Of a DNA stretch of 64,000 bases, positions 11,619 through 20,479 are shown piece by piece. How positions within the stretch are numbered: position 1 is the first letter of the stretch; each line of letters opens with the position of its first letter. Source of the DNA: an uncultured Thermoactinomycetaceae bacterium (GTDB lineage Bacteria > Bacillota > Bacilli > Thermoactinomycetales > CALJVA01); assembly GCA_937975135.1 (NCBI GenBank), contig CALJVA010000015.1:1064-65063 (forward strand). The letters are read 5' to 3'. A program made the translations under genes and the position numbers. Below the pieces are notes generated by a model. It saw only the letters and a program-made list of their open reading frames with translations, searched no databases and was not told the origin of the DNA.

Positions 11619-12893
11619 TTGCGAATTTTGGTAGTTGGTAGAGGTGGTCGAGAACATGCTTTGATTTGGAAGTTAAAGCAGAGTCCGCGAGTAAGCCAGA
11701 TTTATGCAGCACCAGGAAATGCCGGGATTTCAAAGTTGGCAACCTGTGTTGATATTGAAGAAAAAGATATCGCAAGCTTGGTTCAATTTGCAAAAAAGAA
11801 GCAGATTGATTTGACTGTAGTAGGGCCTGAAGAACCCCTTTTAATGGGACTCGTAGACCAATTTCAAGAACATGATCTTCCTGTTTATGGGCCGACACAA
11901 GCTGCAGCCCGGATTGAAGGGAGTAAACGATTTGCAAAAGCATTAATGGAGAAATATCAAATCCCGACTGCTCGCTACCAAGCCTTTGACCAAGCTGATG
12001 AGGCGATCGCCTATGTAAGAAAGAAAGGCGCTCCGATTGTTGTTAAAGCGGATGGGTTGGCGGCGGGAAAGGGCGTTATCCTCGCTGAAACCTTGGAACA
12101 GGCAGAAGCAGCGATTAATCGGTGTATGAAGGAGCGCGCTTTTGGGGATGCCGGAAGAGAAGTAGTGATTGAGGAATACTTGTACGGTCAGGAGATTTCC
12201 TTGATGGCTTTTGTCGATGGCAAAGTTGTTCGTCCAATGGTGATTGCCCAAGATCATAAGCCTGTTTTTGATGGGGATGAAGGACCCAATACGGGAGGAA
12301 TGGGTGCCTATTCTCCCGTACCACAAATCGAAGAGGAGATGATTCAGCGGGGCATTGAAGAAATCTTAATACCAATGGCAAATGCTTTAGTTGAGGAAGG
12401 GATTCATTATCAAGGAGTACTATATGCCGGATTAATGATTACTTCCGAGGGGCCGAAGGTGATCGAATTTAATGCCCGATTTGGTGATCCCGAAACACAG
12501 GTTGTTCTCCCACGATTAAAGAGTGATTTGCTTGATATTCTACTGGCAACACTAGAGGGAGAGCTATCTAAGGTGGAGATTCATTGGAAGCATGAAGCAG
12601 CAGTTTGTGTTGTGATGGCTTCTGAGGGTTATCCTAGGGCTTATCAGACAGGCTTTCCCATTACGGGTTTACCAGAAGCTACAGAATCTGTCATTCCCTT
12701 TCATGCAGGAACTCGTCACGAAGGGGAAACAGTCGTTACCAATGGTGGACGCGTGTTGGGGATTACTGGATTGGGAAAAGATTTGATAGAAGCACGGGCA
12801 ATAACCTATGAAGCAATCGATAAAATTATGTTTTCTGGTGCTCATTACCGCAAGGATATTGCCTCCAAGGCATTGGATCATGTAAAAGTATAA
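11619..12893 (+). CDS. purD: phosphoribosylamine-glycine ligase
   Basis: MRILVVGRGGREHALIWKL, KADGLAAGKGV and EFNARFGDPETQ motifs are present. TTG start. Confidence 0.95.
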   Translation: MRILVVGRGGREHALIWKLKQSPRVSQIYAAPGNAGISKLATCVDIEEKDIASLVQFAKKKQIDLTVVGPEEPLLMGLVDQFQEHDLPVYGPTQAAARIEGSKRFAKALMEKYQIPTARYQAFDQADEAIAYVRKKGAPIVVKADGLAAGKGVILAETLEQAEAAINRCMKERAFGDAGREVVIEEYLYGQEISLMAFVDGKVVRPMVIAQDHKPVFDGDEGPNTGGMGAYSPVPQIEEEMIQRGIEEILIPMANALVEEGIHYQGVLYAGLMITSEGPKVIEFNARFGDPETQVVLPRLKSDLLDILLATLEGELSKVEIHWKHEAAVCVVMASEGYPRAYQTGFPITGLPEATESVIPFHAGTRHEGETVVTNGGRVLGITGLGKDLIEARAITYEAIDKIMFSGAHYRKDIASKALDHVKV

Positions 12894-12934
12894 GAGAAGT
12901 TTCATGATTAAATAAAACTTGATCTAGTTTTCTT

Positions 12935-12969
12935 ATCCCACTTATATAAAGGTGGGATTATCTTTTTTT
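12935..12969 (+). terminator. intrinsic terminator of the pur operon
   Basis: Hairpin atcccac / gtgggat followed by tatcttttttt, about 40 nt after the purD stop. Confidence 0.75.
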
Positions 12970-13224
12970 GGGAAGCAAATATCTTTCCGTGTTAATAAGG
13001 TAGGACGGTGGGTATATGTAGTGGATACTTATGTATCAAGAAGCTTTGTTGTAAAAGTGGAAAGTAGTTTATAAATTGTCTTATATAAATAAACAAGTAT
13101 TTACTTATCTATTTTTATTGATCCTAGCCTTAAATATTAATTTTTATTGCTCCATGAAGATAGAGCTGTTATGATATAATAGTTTAAAAATGATGTTGGG
13201 TTGTGATTGAGAGAGTGATCTTTC

Positions 13225-14235
13225 ATGAGTGAGGGGTTGGTCTTTTCTTTTTTGCTGGTTGTTCGCAATGAAGAAAAGTATATTGCCGATCTGTTGGAAG
13301 CTGTTTTAAACCAAGATTTCCCACATGATTTATATGAAATTATTGTTGTTGATGGTGAATCAACCGATCGCACCCTAGATATTGTTAAAGAGTATCGTCG
13401 CAAAAATCCAGAACGAATTAAGCTTCTACACAATCCCCAAAAAACTTTGCCGCCGGGATGGAATATTGGAATTCGGCAGGCTCGGGGTCGATATGTGATT
13501 CGTGTAGACGGACACAGCAAGATTCCAAAGGATTTTTTGTCCCGAAATTATGCTGTTGCTCAGCGTGTGCCTGAAGCTGCTTGTGTTGGAGGAGTGATCC
13601 ACTCTGTAGGGTTTGGCTTTTGGGGTGAAGTAAATGCCTATGTTTATTCCCACCCTTTTGGAGTTGGTAACTCTAAATTTCGTACCCAGAAAGAAGAATG
13701 GGAAGGGTATGTGGATACGGTTCCTTATGGAGCCTATAAGAGAGAAGTGTTTGAGCAGGTAGGGTTGTTTGATGAGACGCTTAAGCGGAATGAAGATTTG
13801 GAAATGCATGCGCGGATTCGTCAAAATGGGGGAAAATTTTTTCTTTCTACCTCCATCTCATCTACCTACTTCGTTCGTAGTACTCTTTTTGCCCTGATTA
13901 AAAAATCCTTTGCCGATGGAAAGTGGACAACCATCGCAGCAAGACGGGGGAAAGCAGTCCTGCGCTTCCGTCACTTGATTCCCTTTTATACTGTTTTAAC
14001 AGGCGGTCTTTTAGCCTTAGGTTCACTTTTCTATCCGCTTTTGGGAATCATATTGCTAGTTCTAAGCGGGCTGTATATGGCCCTGATTTTTATTTCTGCA
14101 GCTGGGATCATACGCCAAAAAGGTTGGCGCTATTTTTTCCCCTGTGTATTATCTTTTATTTGTCTACACATTAGTCGGGGAATTGGTTCTATGGCAGGAT
14201 TTTTCAACCGCGAATATTGGAGGAAAAAAAGGTGA
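13225..14235 (+). CDS. family 2 glycosyltransferase with C-terminal membrane anchor
   Basis: The GT-A N-terminal domain has VVDGESTDRT and NEDLEM motifs. The last ~100 aa are hydrophobic helices (LIPFYTVLTGGLLALG..., IILLVLSGLYMALIFI...). Confidence 0.8.
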   Translation: MSEGLVFSFLLVVRNEEKYIADLLEAVLNQDFPHDLYEIIVVDGESTDRTLDIVKEYRRKNPERIKLLHNPQKTLPPGWNIGIRQARGRYVIRVDGHSKIPKDFLSRNYAVAQRVPEAACVGGVIHSVGFGFWGEVNAYVYSHPFGVGNSKFRTQKEEWEGYVDTVPYGAYKREVFEQVGLFDETLKRNEDLEMHARIRQNGGKFFLSTSISSTYFVRSTLFALIKKSFADGKWTTIAARRGKAVLRFRHLIPFYTVLTGGLLALGSLFYPLLGIILLVLSGLYMALIFISAAGIIRQKGWRYFFPCVLSFICLHISRGIGSMAGFFNREYWRKKR

Positions 14236-15005
14236 CCGAGCAATCCAAAGAGCAGCAGCTTATGTTACTGCCGACATTGCCCTTTGACTCTAAGCGGATT
14301 TTGGAATTGCGGGCAGCCTGTCAAAAGCCTCGGGATAAAGAGGAGATTTTGTCTTGGTTTCTTTTGCGTCGGATCTCGATCTATGTGACACTTCTATTTC
14401 TACGGACCCGAATTACACCGAATGGGATCAGTTGGCTTAGTTTACTATTCTTTTTGTTATCTGGATGGTGGATCTTATGGATGAAACCTTGGGCCTTTTT
14501 GTTGGCAACCCTTTGTTACAACTTGGGTTATCTATTGGACTGTGTTGATGGAGAAGTGGCTCGCTTAAAAGGGATTACGAGTAAAAAAGGGGTTTTTATT
14601 GATACTTTAATTCGTGCTTCCAGTATTCCGATCATTATTTCATTTACGATTCCCTTATATCCTTGGATTCAGGGAGAGCCCCTTTCTTTGCTCGGAGCTT
14701 CAGTAATCTATTTTGTCTCGGTCATGTCTACGATGGCCTTATTGATCCCACTTTCCTATAATTACATTCAGGCAGGGGCTGAAGAACGAGATCCAGTGGG
14801 AGAGATGCGGACAAATTCATCCCTTCATGAGTGGGTCGCTTTCTTATCGGGATTGCCAGGCTTCTTTTCGCTTCTTCCACTGGTAGCAGGTGGGGAGGCC
14901 TGGAGTGATCTACCATTTATGGCAATCTTTTTAGCTACTTTTTTGGTCGTCTTTATCCTTAAATCTTTTTTTCGTTGTATTATTACGGTTTCCGCTTTGA
15001 GATGA
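14232..15005 (+). CDS. CDP-alcohol phosphatidyltransferase family membrane protein
   Basis: The motif DCVDGEVARLKGITSKKGVFIDTLI fits D-x2-D-G-x2-A-R-x8-G-x3-D. The protein is polytopic and has ITPNGIS upstream. GTG 14232 overlaps the preceding stop (GTGA). Confidence 0.7.
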   Translation: MTEQSKEQQLMLLPTLPFDSKRILELRAACQKPRDKEEILSWFLLRRISIYVTLLFLRTRITPNGISWLSLLFFLLSGWWILWMKPWAFLLATLCYNLGYLLDCVDGEVARLKGITSKKGVFIDTLIRASSIPIIISFTIPLYPWIQGEPLSLLGASVIYFVSVMSTMALLIPLSYNYIQAGAEERDPVGEMRTNSSLHEWVAFLSGLPGFFSLLPLVAGGEAWSDLPFMAIFLATFLVVFILKSFFRCIITVSALR

Positions 15006-15176
15006 CTTGGTGAAAGGGAAACCTCTTGAATATTTGTCATAAATCACTTAATATGATTGAGATGGCCACCTCTAGGGTACTCTGTTCTCTTGCTCGTAGA
15101 AAAGGAGCCATCTCGATAAAATCGTGTATTTGATATGGTTACTTTCAGTCATCGAGCGGATAAAAGGAGTAAGAGT

Positions 15177-15962
15177 ATGCTAGCAGAACTAAAAAAGTAT
15201 AAAGAACTCATTTATTTTCTGGTTCATAAAGAAGTTCGTATTCGTTATCGCAATTCTTTATTTGGCTTCTTTTGGTCTCTTTTAGAGCCATTGGGGTTAA
15301 TGATTATTTATACGATTGTATTTGCGCTGATTCTTAAGTTATCAAGAGGGATTGATAATTATCCCCTTTATATTTTATCTGGCTTGATTCCATGGGTGTT
15401 TTTTAATGATACATTGAAGAAAAGTATGCAGTCCCTTTCGCGTAATGCATCTCTTATCAAAAAAATTTACTTTCCGAGGGAAATCTTCCCCTTCACTACT
15501 TTGATTGCCAATGTAGTTGCTAACTTTTTGCCTGCCATGCTACTCGTAATTGCACTGGCGCTCATTTTACAACCAGGGGAAATTTCGTGGTTTAAGATGC
15601 TTTTTGCTCCTGGTATTGTCCTTTTGCAGGCCGTCTTTACATTTGGTCTTTCCTTGGTACTCTCTGTGCTTAATGTGTTTTACCGGGATGTAGAATTTAT
15701 TAGCAACTTAGTCCTACGAGGTTGGATGTATCTATCGCCGATCATCTATCCATTGTCCTTTGTGCCGGAAGAGTACTTTAACTTTTATGTTCTAAATCCG
15801 ATGGCTGTAATTGTTTCCTTGTATCACGATCTTTTTTATAGCAACTTACAGACGGTACCCACTTGGTCTATTTTCTATGTGATTGTTTTTTCCATCATCC
15901 AACTCTTTGTGGCAATGTTAATCTTTAAGCGCTTGAATCGCCGCGTAGGGGAAGTGATTTAG
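15177..15962 (+). CDS. ABC-2 type polysaccharide/teichoic-acid export permease (TagG-like)
   Basis: N-terminus MLAELKKYKELIYFLVHKEVRIRYRNSLFGFFWSLLEPL is typical of TagG/KpsM-type permeases, with 6 predicted TM segments. SD aaggag precedes ATG 15177. Confidence 0.85.
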   Translation: MLAELKKYKELIYFLVHKEVRIRYRNSLFGFFWSLLEPLGLMIIYTIVFALILKLSRGIDNYPLYILSGLIPWVFFNDTLKKSMQSLSRNASLIKKIYFPREIFPFTTLIANVVANFLPAMLLVIALALILQPGEISWFKMLFAPGIVLLQAVFTFGLSLVLSVLNVFYRDVEFISNLVLRGWMYLSPIIYPLSFVPEEYFNFYVLNPMAVIVSLYHDLFYSNLQTVPTWSIFYVIVFSIIQLFVAMLIFKRLNRRVGEVI

Positions 15963-15964
15963 TC

Positions 15965-16702
15965 ATGGATGCGATCGTAGTCAATGGCGTTACCAAGCGA
16001 TTTCGCAAACCATACGATAAGACACTAAAAGGCTTTTTTATCTCTTTGGTAAAAAGAGAAAAGCTCTATAAGGAGTTTGTTGCCCTCAATGGCGTCTCTT
16101 TTTCGGTAAAGAAGTCCGAGGGATTCGCCATTATCGGTAAGAATGGAGCTGGAAAAAGCACTCTTTTTAAGGTGTTAAGCGGTATTATTACGCAAGATGA
16201 GGGCGAAGTGAAAATCAATGGTACGGTTGCACCTTTAATTGAGTTAAGTGCTGGACTAAGTGGTGACTTGACAGGTGAGGAGAATATCCGTCTGAACTGT
16301 GCAATTTTTGGTTTGACAAGGAAACAAATTGAAGAAGTTTATCCTGACATTGTCGCCTTTTCCGAACTGGAGGAGTTTATTGATACACCCGTTAAATTTT
16401 ACTCTTCTGGGATGAAAGCCCGTCTTGGTTTTTCAATTGCTGTTCATATTGACACAGATATTATTTTGATTGATGAGGTACTCGCCGTTGGTGACAAGGA
16501 TTTCAGAGAAAAATGCGAAGCAAAAATGCAGGAGTTGAAACAAAGAGGCAAAACCCTAGTGATTGTCTCCCATAGTTTAAACCCATTGAAGAAGATTTGT
16601 GATCGAGCATTGATCCTGGAAAAAGGAAAAGTAGTAGATATTGGAGATATCCACAGTATGATTGAAAAGTACCAGGGAAAAAAGAAAAAGAAGAAAAAGT
16701 GA
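15965..16702 (+). CDS. ABC exporter ATPase (TagH-like), poly-Lys C-terminus
   Basis: Walker A GKNGAGKST, signature YSSGMKARLGF and Walker B IILIDEVLAVGD are present. The start is 3 nt after the permease stop. The protein ends GKKKKKKK. Confidence 0.88.
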   Translation: MDAIVVNGVTKRFRKPYDKTLKGFFISLVKREKLYKEFVALNGVSFSVKKSEGFAIIGKNGAGKSTLFKVLSGIITQDEGEVKINGTVAPLIELSAGLSGDLTGEENIRLNCAIFGLTRKQIEEVYPDIVAFSELEEFIDTPVKFYSSGMKARLGFSIAVHIDTDIILIDEVLAVGDKDFREKCEAKMQELKQRGKTLVIVSHSLNPLKKICDRALILEKGKVVDIGDIHSMIEKYQGKKKKKKK

Positions 16703-16710
16703 TGAAAAAA

Positions 16711-16738
16711 ACGGACCGTATTCATATGGTCCGTTTTT
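16711..16738. terminator. bidirectional intrinsic terminator
   Basis: Stem acggacc / ggtccgt, flanked by an A-run upstream and ttttt downstream. Confidence 0.75.
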
Positions 16739-16934
16739 AAGTCTTTATTGGTTCTGTATTTCATCTATTGATCAGGTCCCTCAATAATGATCCTTCATCT
16801 CGTGAACAAGTTAGGGCAGCCACCTTCTCCTCTTTATCCGATAGAAAACCTCAGTTTTTAGAGAAATCCCAAATATTCCTTTTATTGGATCCTGGCTTGC
16901 GATGTTACGATCCGGAGAGCGGGTTGGAACTACC

Positions 16935-17156
16935 TTATCCAATCGTTGCTGTCTCTTTTTCTCCTTGGATGCTGACAGCATGGACGGGAATTTCGAACCA
17001 CCAAGCTCCTTGTGCTTGTCTTGTAGGCTTATAACCCGCTCGTTTTAAAGAGCGTGCCACATTCCAGCTCGCCGTGTAAACGGTTGCTGTACTTCCCGAT
17101 TCGTCAAACTGGATCACTGTTTCCTTTTCTTCTTCACTAAGTGTAATTTTTGTCAC
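16935..17156 (-). CDS. small hypothetical protein (74 aa)
   Basis: GTG at 17156 is preceded by SD gaggtgg at about 5 nt. Sequence is VTKITLSEEEKETVIQFDESGSTATVYTASWNVARSLKRAGYKP... The ORF-track version (to 17258) extends upstream without an SD. No family was recognised with certainty. Confidence 0.45.
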   Translation of the reverse strand: MTKITLSEEEKETVIQFDESGSTATVYTASWNVARSLKRAGYKPTRQAQGAWWFEIPVHAVSIQGEKETATIG

Positions 17157-17928
17157 ATTCCCACCTCGCCATTTCTCTTTCCCAATTCGATCATATGTTC
17201 CATGCATCCTATTGTACTCAGATTGCGCAAGCTTATCTACCCTTTTATGCAATTCCAACCTGCTATGTGCTACTTATAAAGGAATTCCCATAAACAGCTT
17301 GAAGCTAAATGTTTGAACGATCGGCAACAAATAAACTACAGGGTTGATTAAGCTGTTTGACATCACCTCATTAAAATCCTCTATCTCGGCCTCCTTTTTC
17401 TCTAGAAACGCTAGATTGAAGGTATTAGGATCATAATGAAAGTGAGTTGTCAGAAGTTAGCGACAGTATTTTACCATAGATATTGCATAGACAAGGGTGA
17501 ATCTCCTCCAAATATAAATCTGTCACTTTTTTCTCCTTCTCAGGATTGTTTATGAGAATATTAGTAGAATAAAAAATAACCAATTTCAAAATGATTATAT
17601 TTCTGCCCTTAGGATTATATGATATACTAAATACGTATATTATTCCCAAAAAGTATAAGAGAAGGAGATAGAGAAGGTGAAAGGGTTAATAGCTTAATGA
17701 AAGTCCTAACATTATTTTTAGATCTTGTTAGAGTCTATGTTCTCTTTTTCAGGATTTAATTTTGAACAGAGTTATAATAAATATACCTTTATGAAGGGCA
17801 TTTGGTCAATGCTGAAGACCATTCAACGACTTGCTTATGATTATTACCCATTTACATTTCTAATCTTGAATACAAGTTTTCTCAACTAAAGAATTTTGTA
17901 AATTGATGTAATATAGGGAGTGATCAAA

Positions 17929-18438
17929 GTGCCAAAGTTAAAAAAAGTAATTGTACTTGGAGAAAACATTCAACAACTATTGGAATGTGAAGATATTCTG
18001 CAAGAAGCGGGACTGAATCCCATCTTTATTCAGACGAAGGATAATTTGAACAATTTATTAAATATATTAGAGAAAGAGAAGTTTAGGTAGCCAAAGGATG
18101 GTGTTGTTTACCTATCTCCTTCTACCTGTTTGGACTTTCGTCTTCATGAAATTAGACGTAGAGATTTGGTTTTCTCTTTATCTAGTACAGAGTTGAGGAT
18201 TTTAAAGGCCTTATACTCACAACTAGGAAGTGTTTATCCAACTATGGATCTAATTGATACTGTTTGGGGAGATTCCCATGTAGGATTGGATAATTTATAC
18301 GTGTATATTCGCAGAATACGCGAAAAAATAGAAGATGATCCAAAAAATCCTCGTTTTTTAATTACTCACCATGGACATGGTTATGAACTTAGAACATATG
18401 AAATTCAAAAAAAGGAAAATAAAAATTATCACTATTAA
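17929..18438 (+). pseudogene. decayed OmpR-family response regulator (in-frame TAG, receiver domain mostly deleted)
   Basis: GTG 17929 with SD gggag opens a 53-codon receiver-like N-terminus (KKVIVLGEN...). An in-frame TAG sits at 18088-18090. The same frame continues into a complete winged-helix Trans_reg_C domain (LSSTELRILKAL...YVYIRRIREKIEDDPKNPRFLITHHGHGYEL). Confidence 0.7.
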
Positions 18439-18469
18439 GTGTAAATCCTCCATTAAGGAGGTGTAAAAT

Positions 18470-19198
18470 ATGGAAAAGTGGCGTGTGTTTGTGGTAGAAG
18501 ATGATGTTAAAATTGACACTTTGATTCAGAATCATTTGAATCAGTATGGGTATATCACCCAAGGGGTTAAGGATTGGAATCAAGTAGAAAAGGAATGGCT
18601 TGCCTTTCATCCCCATGTTGTCATATTGGATGTTAATTTGCCCGGAAAAGATGGCTTTCATCTCTGCCAGGAGATGCGTCGTCATTCGTCAGTCCCCATT
18701 TTATTTCTGTCTGCACGCTCGGGAGAGATGGAACAAATTTATGGCCTAGAGAGTGGGGGCGACGATTATGTGACGAAGCCCTTTCGTTTGGATGTGTTGC
18801 GGAGCAAGATCAAAGCGTTATTACGGCGCACTTATGGTTCCCTCTCTAAAGGGAAGCAGCAGCCTGCTGTGGTTCAGATGGGAGAGTTAGCTTTTTTCTC
18901 TGATAAAGGAGAAATCAGCTTTAAAGGAGAGAGGCAATCACTAACAAAGAATGAGTGGAAGCTGTTTGCTTTGTTGTTAGAAAGAAAAGATCAAGTAGTA
19001 ACCCGAGAAGACTGTTTGGAAGCTTTGTGGGATGATCAACGGTTTGTTGATGATAATACATTGACCGTTAATGTGACTCGTCTACGAAAGAAGTTAGCGC
19101 ATTGGGATATAGATGGTGCTATAGAAACCTGTCGAGGTGTAGGGTATCGGTTAAATTCTTCTTTCTTAGAAAGGGAAGCGTTAGGTGAAGAGAATTAA
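18470..19198 (+). CDS. OmpR-family response regulator (BceR-like)
   Basis: Receiver motifs VVEDD, ILDVNLPGKDG and VTKPF are followed by a C-terminal winged helix (LTKNEWKLFALL..., TCRGVGYRL). Confidence 0.9.
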   Translation: MEKWRVFVVEDDVKIDTLIQNHLNQYGYITQGVKDWNQVEKEWLAFHPHVVILDVNLPGKDGFHLCQEMRRHSSVPILFLSARSGEMEQIYGLESGGDDYVTKPFRLDVLRSKIKALLRRTYGSLSKGKQQPAVVQMGELAFFSDKGEISFKGERQSLTKNEWKLFALLLERKDQVVTREDCLEALWDDQRFVDDNTLTVNVTRLRKKLAHWDIDGAIETCRGVGYRLNSSFLEREALGEEN

Positions 19199-20240
19199 AG
19201 CTTTTCTCTGGGATCGGTTGGGCCTAATTTTACTTGTCTTGGGAAACTCACTACTAGTGATGACTTGGTTTAGCCTGTGGGTAGTTGGGGAAGGTTTCGA
19301 TTTTCTGAGGTTGGGACCAGTATGGATTTACGGTGGAGGGATAACTCTCTCTTTCTTGATATTCTTCCTGCTTATTGACTGGCTGCGCTGGCTCCCCGTA
19401 AAAAGGTCATTGCATAAGATCGCTGACGGGGAGGAGGCTTCTCTTCCCAAGGGACCACTACGCATCCAACGTCTTATCCACGATGCGATTCAGTCCTTGG
19501 AGCGTGCACGACTGGCCGAACGTCATCAGGCACAGGCAGAAAAGCGGAGACATTTGGATTTTATGAATCAGTGGGTACACCAAATGAAAACACCTGTGTC
19601 TGTTCTTTCATTACTAGCGCAACAATCAGACGAGGTATTTGCACGAGAGATGGAGGAAGAATTGGACAAGCTAAATCAGGGGTTAGAAATGATTTTACAT
19701 ATGGCCCGATTGGAAGAGTTTGCTCTCGATTTCCATCTGCAAAAAATGAATTTAAAAGAGGAAGTCAATCGAATCTTAGGAGAACGGAAGCGGCAATGGA
19801 TTCGCCAGCGGATCTATCCCCGCTGGGAAGAGGATCAGGAGGGCTCTTGGGAGGTATATACCGATTCCAAGTGGAATCGCTTTGTGCTGGATCAATTATT
19901 TAATAATGCGATCAAGTATGCTTCCCAGGTTTGTGATACACAACAATATCTTCACCTTTCGCTGCGGAGAAAAGGGAAGTGGGTCTGCTTGACGATACGG
20001 GATGAGGGGCCAGGAATTCCCGCGCAGGATGTTCCTCGAGTGTTTGATCCTTTTTTTACGGGAGAGAATGGCCGTCGTTTTAAGGAATCAACAGGGATCG
20101 GCCTTTATTTGGTCAAGCAGGTGTTAACATCAATGGATCATCAGATTGAGATTCGGTCTACGGAAGGAATGGGAACAAGTGTTACCCTATTCTATCCTGG
20201 TATTACGCGAGGGGAAAAAGAAAGGGAGAGGATATGCTAG
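19185..20240 (+). CDS. intramembrane-sensing histidine kinase (BceS-like)
   Basis: Two N-terminal TM helices are joined by a ~12-aa loop. H-box WVHQMKTPVS, N-box LFNNAIKYA, G1 IRDEGPGIP and G2 TGIGLYLV are present. The GTG start overlaps the RR gene end. Confidence 0.88.
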   Translation: MKRIKAFLWDRLGLILLVLGNSLLVMTWFSLWVVGEGFDFLRLGPVWIYGGGITLSFLIFFLLIDWLRWLPVKRSLHKIADGEEASLPKGPLRIQRLIHDAIQSLERARLAERHQAQAEKRRHLDFMNQWVHQMKTPVSVLSLLAQQSDEVFAREMEEELDKLNQGLEMILHMARLEEFALDFHLQKMNLKEEVNRILGERKRQWIRQRIYPRWEEDQEGSWEVYTDSKWNRFVLDQLFNNAIKYASQVCDTQQYLHLSLRRKGKWVCLTIRDEGPGIPAQDVPRVFDPFFTGENGRRFKESTGIGLYLVKQVLTSMDHQIEIRSTEGMGTSVTLFYPGITRGEKERERIC

Positions 20241-20400
20241 AAAGTATATGGCGATAAGATCAGAGCCCTCTCCGCAGAAAGTACATAGGTTTCATTTTAT
20301 AATTTTTCCTCTGCGGTTTTAGCCTCTAGTACTAGATACCAAACGCCATGCAGGGTCCTGTTCAGTGGCGAATCAACTGAATGGTGGTATTGATTATGTG
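20234..20400 (+). pseudogene. decayed 5' fragment of a BceA-like ATPase gene
   Basis: atgctagaa...agtatatggcgataagatc...gtacataggtttcattttataattt aligns by eye with the start of the intact ATPase at 22372 (atgttagaagcaaaatatttgaccaaagtatatggtggtgagatc...gtaaatgggtttcatcttacaattc). The fragment carries an 18-nt deletion and early stops. Confidence 0.5.
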
Positions 20401-20416
20401 TGTGATACTCGTTAAG

Positions 20417-20442
20417 TAAAACCACCCCAAGTCCGGGGTGGC
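20417..20442 (-). terminator. intrinsic terminator of the permease gene
   Basis: Minus-strand hairpin ccacccc / ggggtgg followed by tttt, about 40 nt past the permease stop. Confidence 0.65.
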
Positions 20443-20479
20443 TTATCTTGGAAAAATGTGAGGAGGTATATAGAATCTA

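Noticed and set aside
441-12905. About 35 antisense or out-of-frame ORFs (60-130 aa) from the six-frame track lie inside the pur genes, for example 441-785(-), 5277-5597(-), 9251-9592(-) and 11943-12326(-).
   Set aside because: All lie wholly within strongly supported, motif-bearing pur genes. None has an SD-start arrangement, and their compositions look like shadow frames. The same reasoning applies to shadow ORFs inside ligA, pcrA, the PBP genes and the ABC genes.
17274-17363. A 29-codon hydrophobic minus-strand ORF (MSNSLINPVVYLLPIVQTFSFKLFMGIPL) could be a type I toxin.
   Set aside because: The SD spacing is too short. The peptide has no charged C-terminus, and no convincing antisense RNA or promoter arrangement is present. 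The evidence is insufficient.
16768-17649. ORFs 16768-17034(+) and 17431-17649(-) might be genes.
   Set aside because: They have no SD and low-complexity or implausible composition. The first overlaps the better-supported minus-strand small gene and its 3' region.
18088-18090. The in-frame TAG in the OmpR-like gene could be a pyrrolysine or programmed read-through codon.
   Set aside because: No pyl genes or PYLIS-like context are visible. The protein also lacks most of its receiver domain, so decay is the simpler explanation. Pyrrolysine use is not expected in this kind of Bacillales genome.
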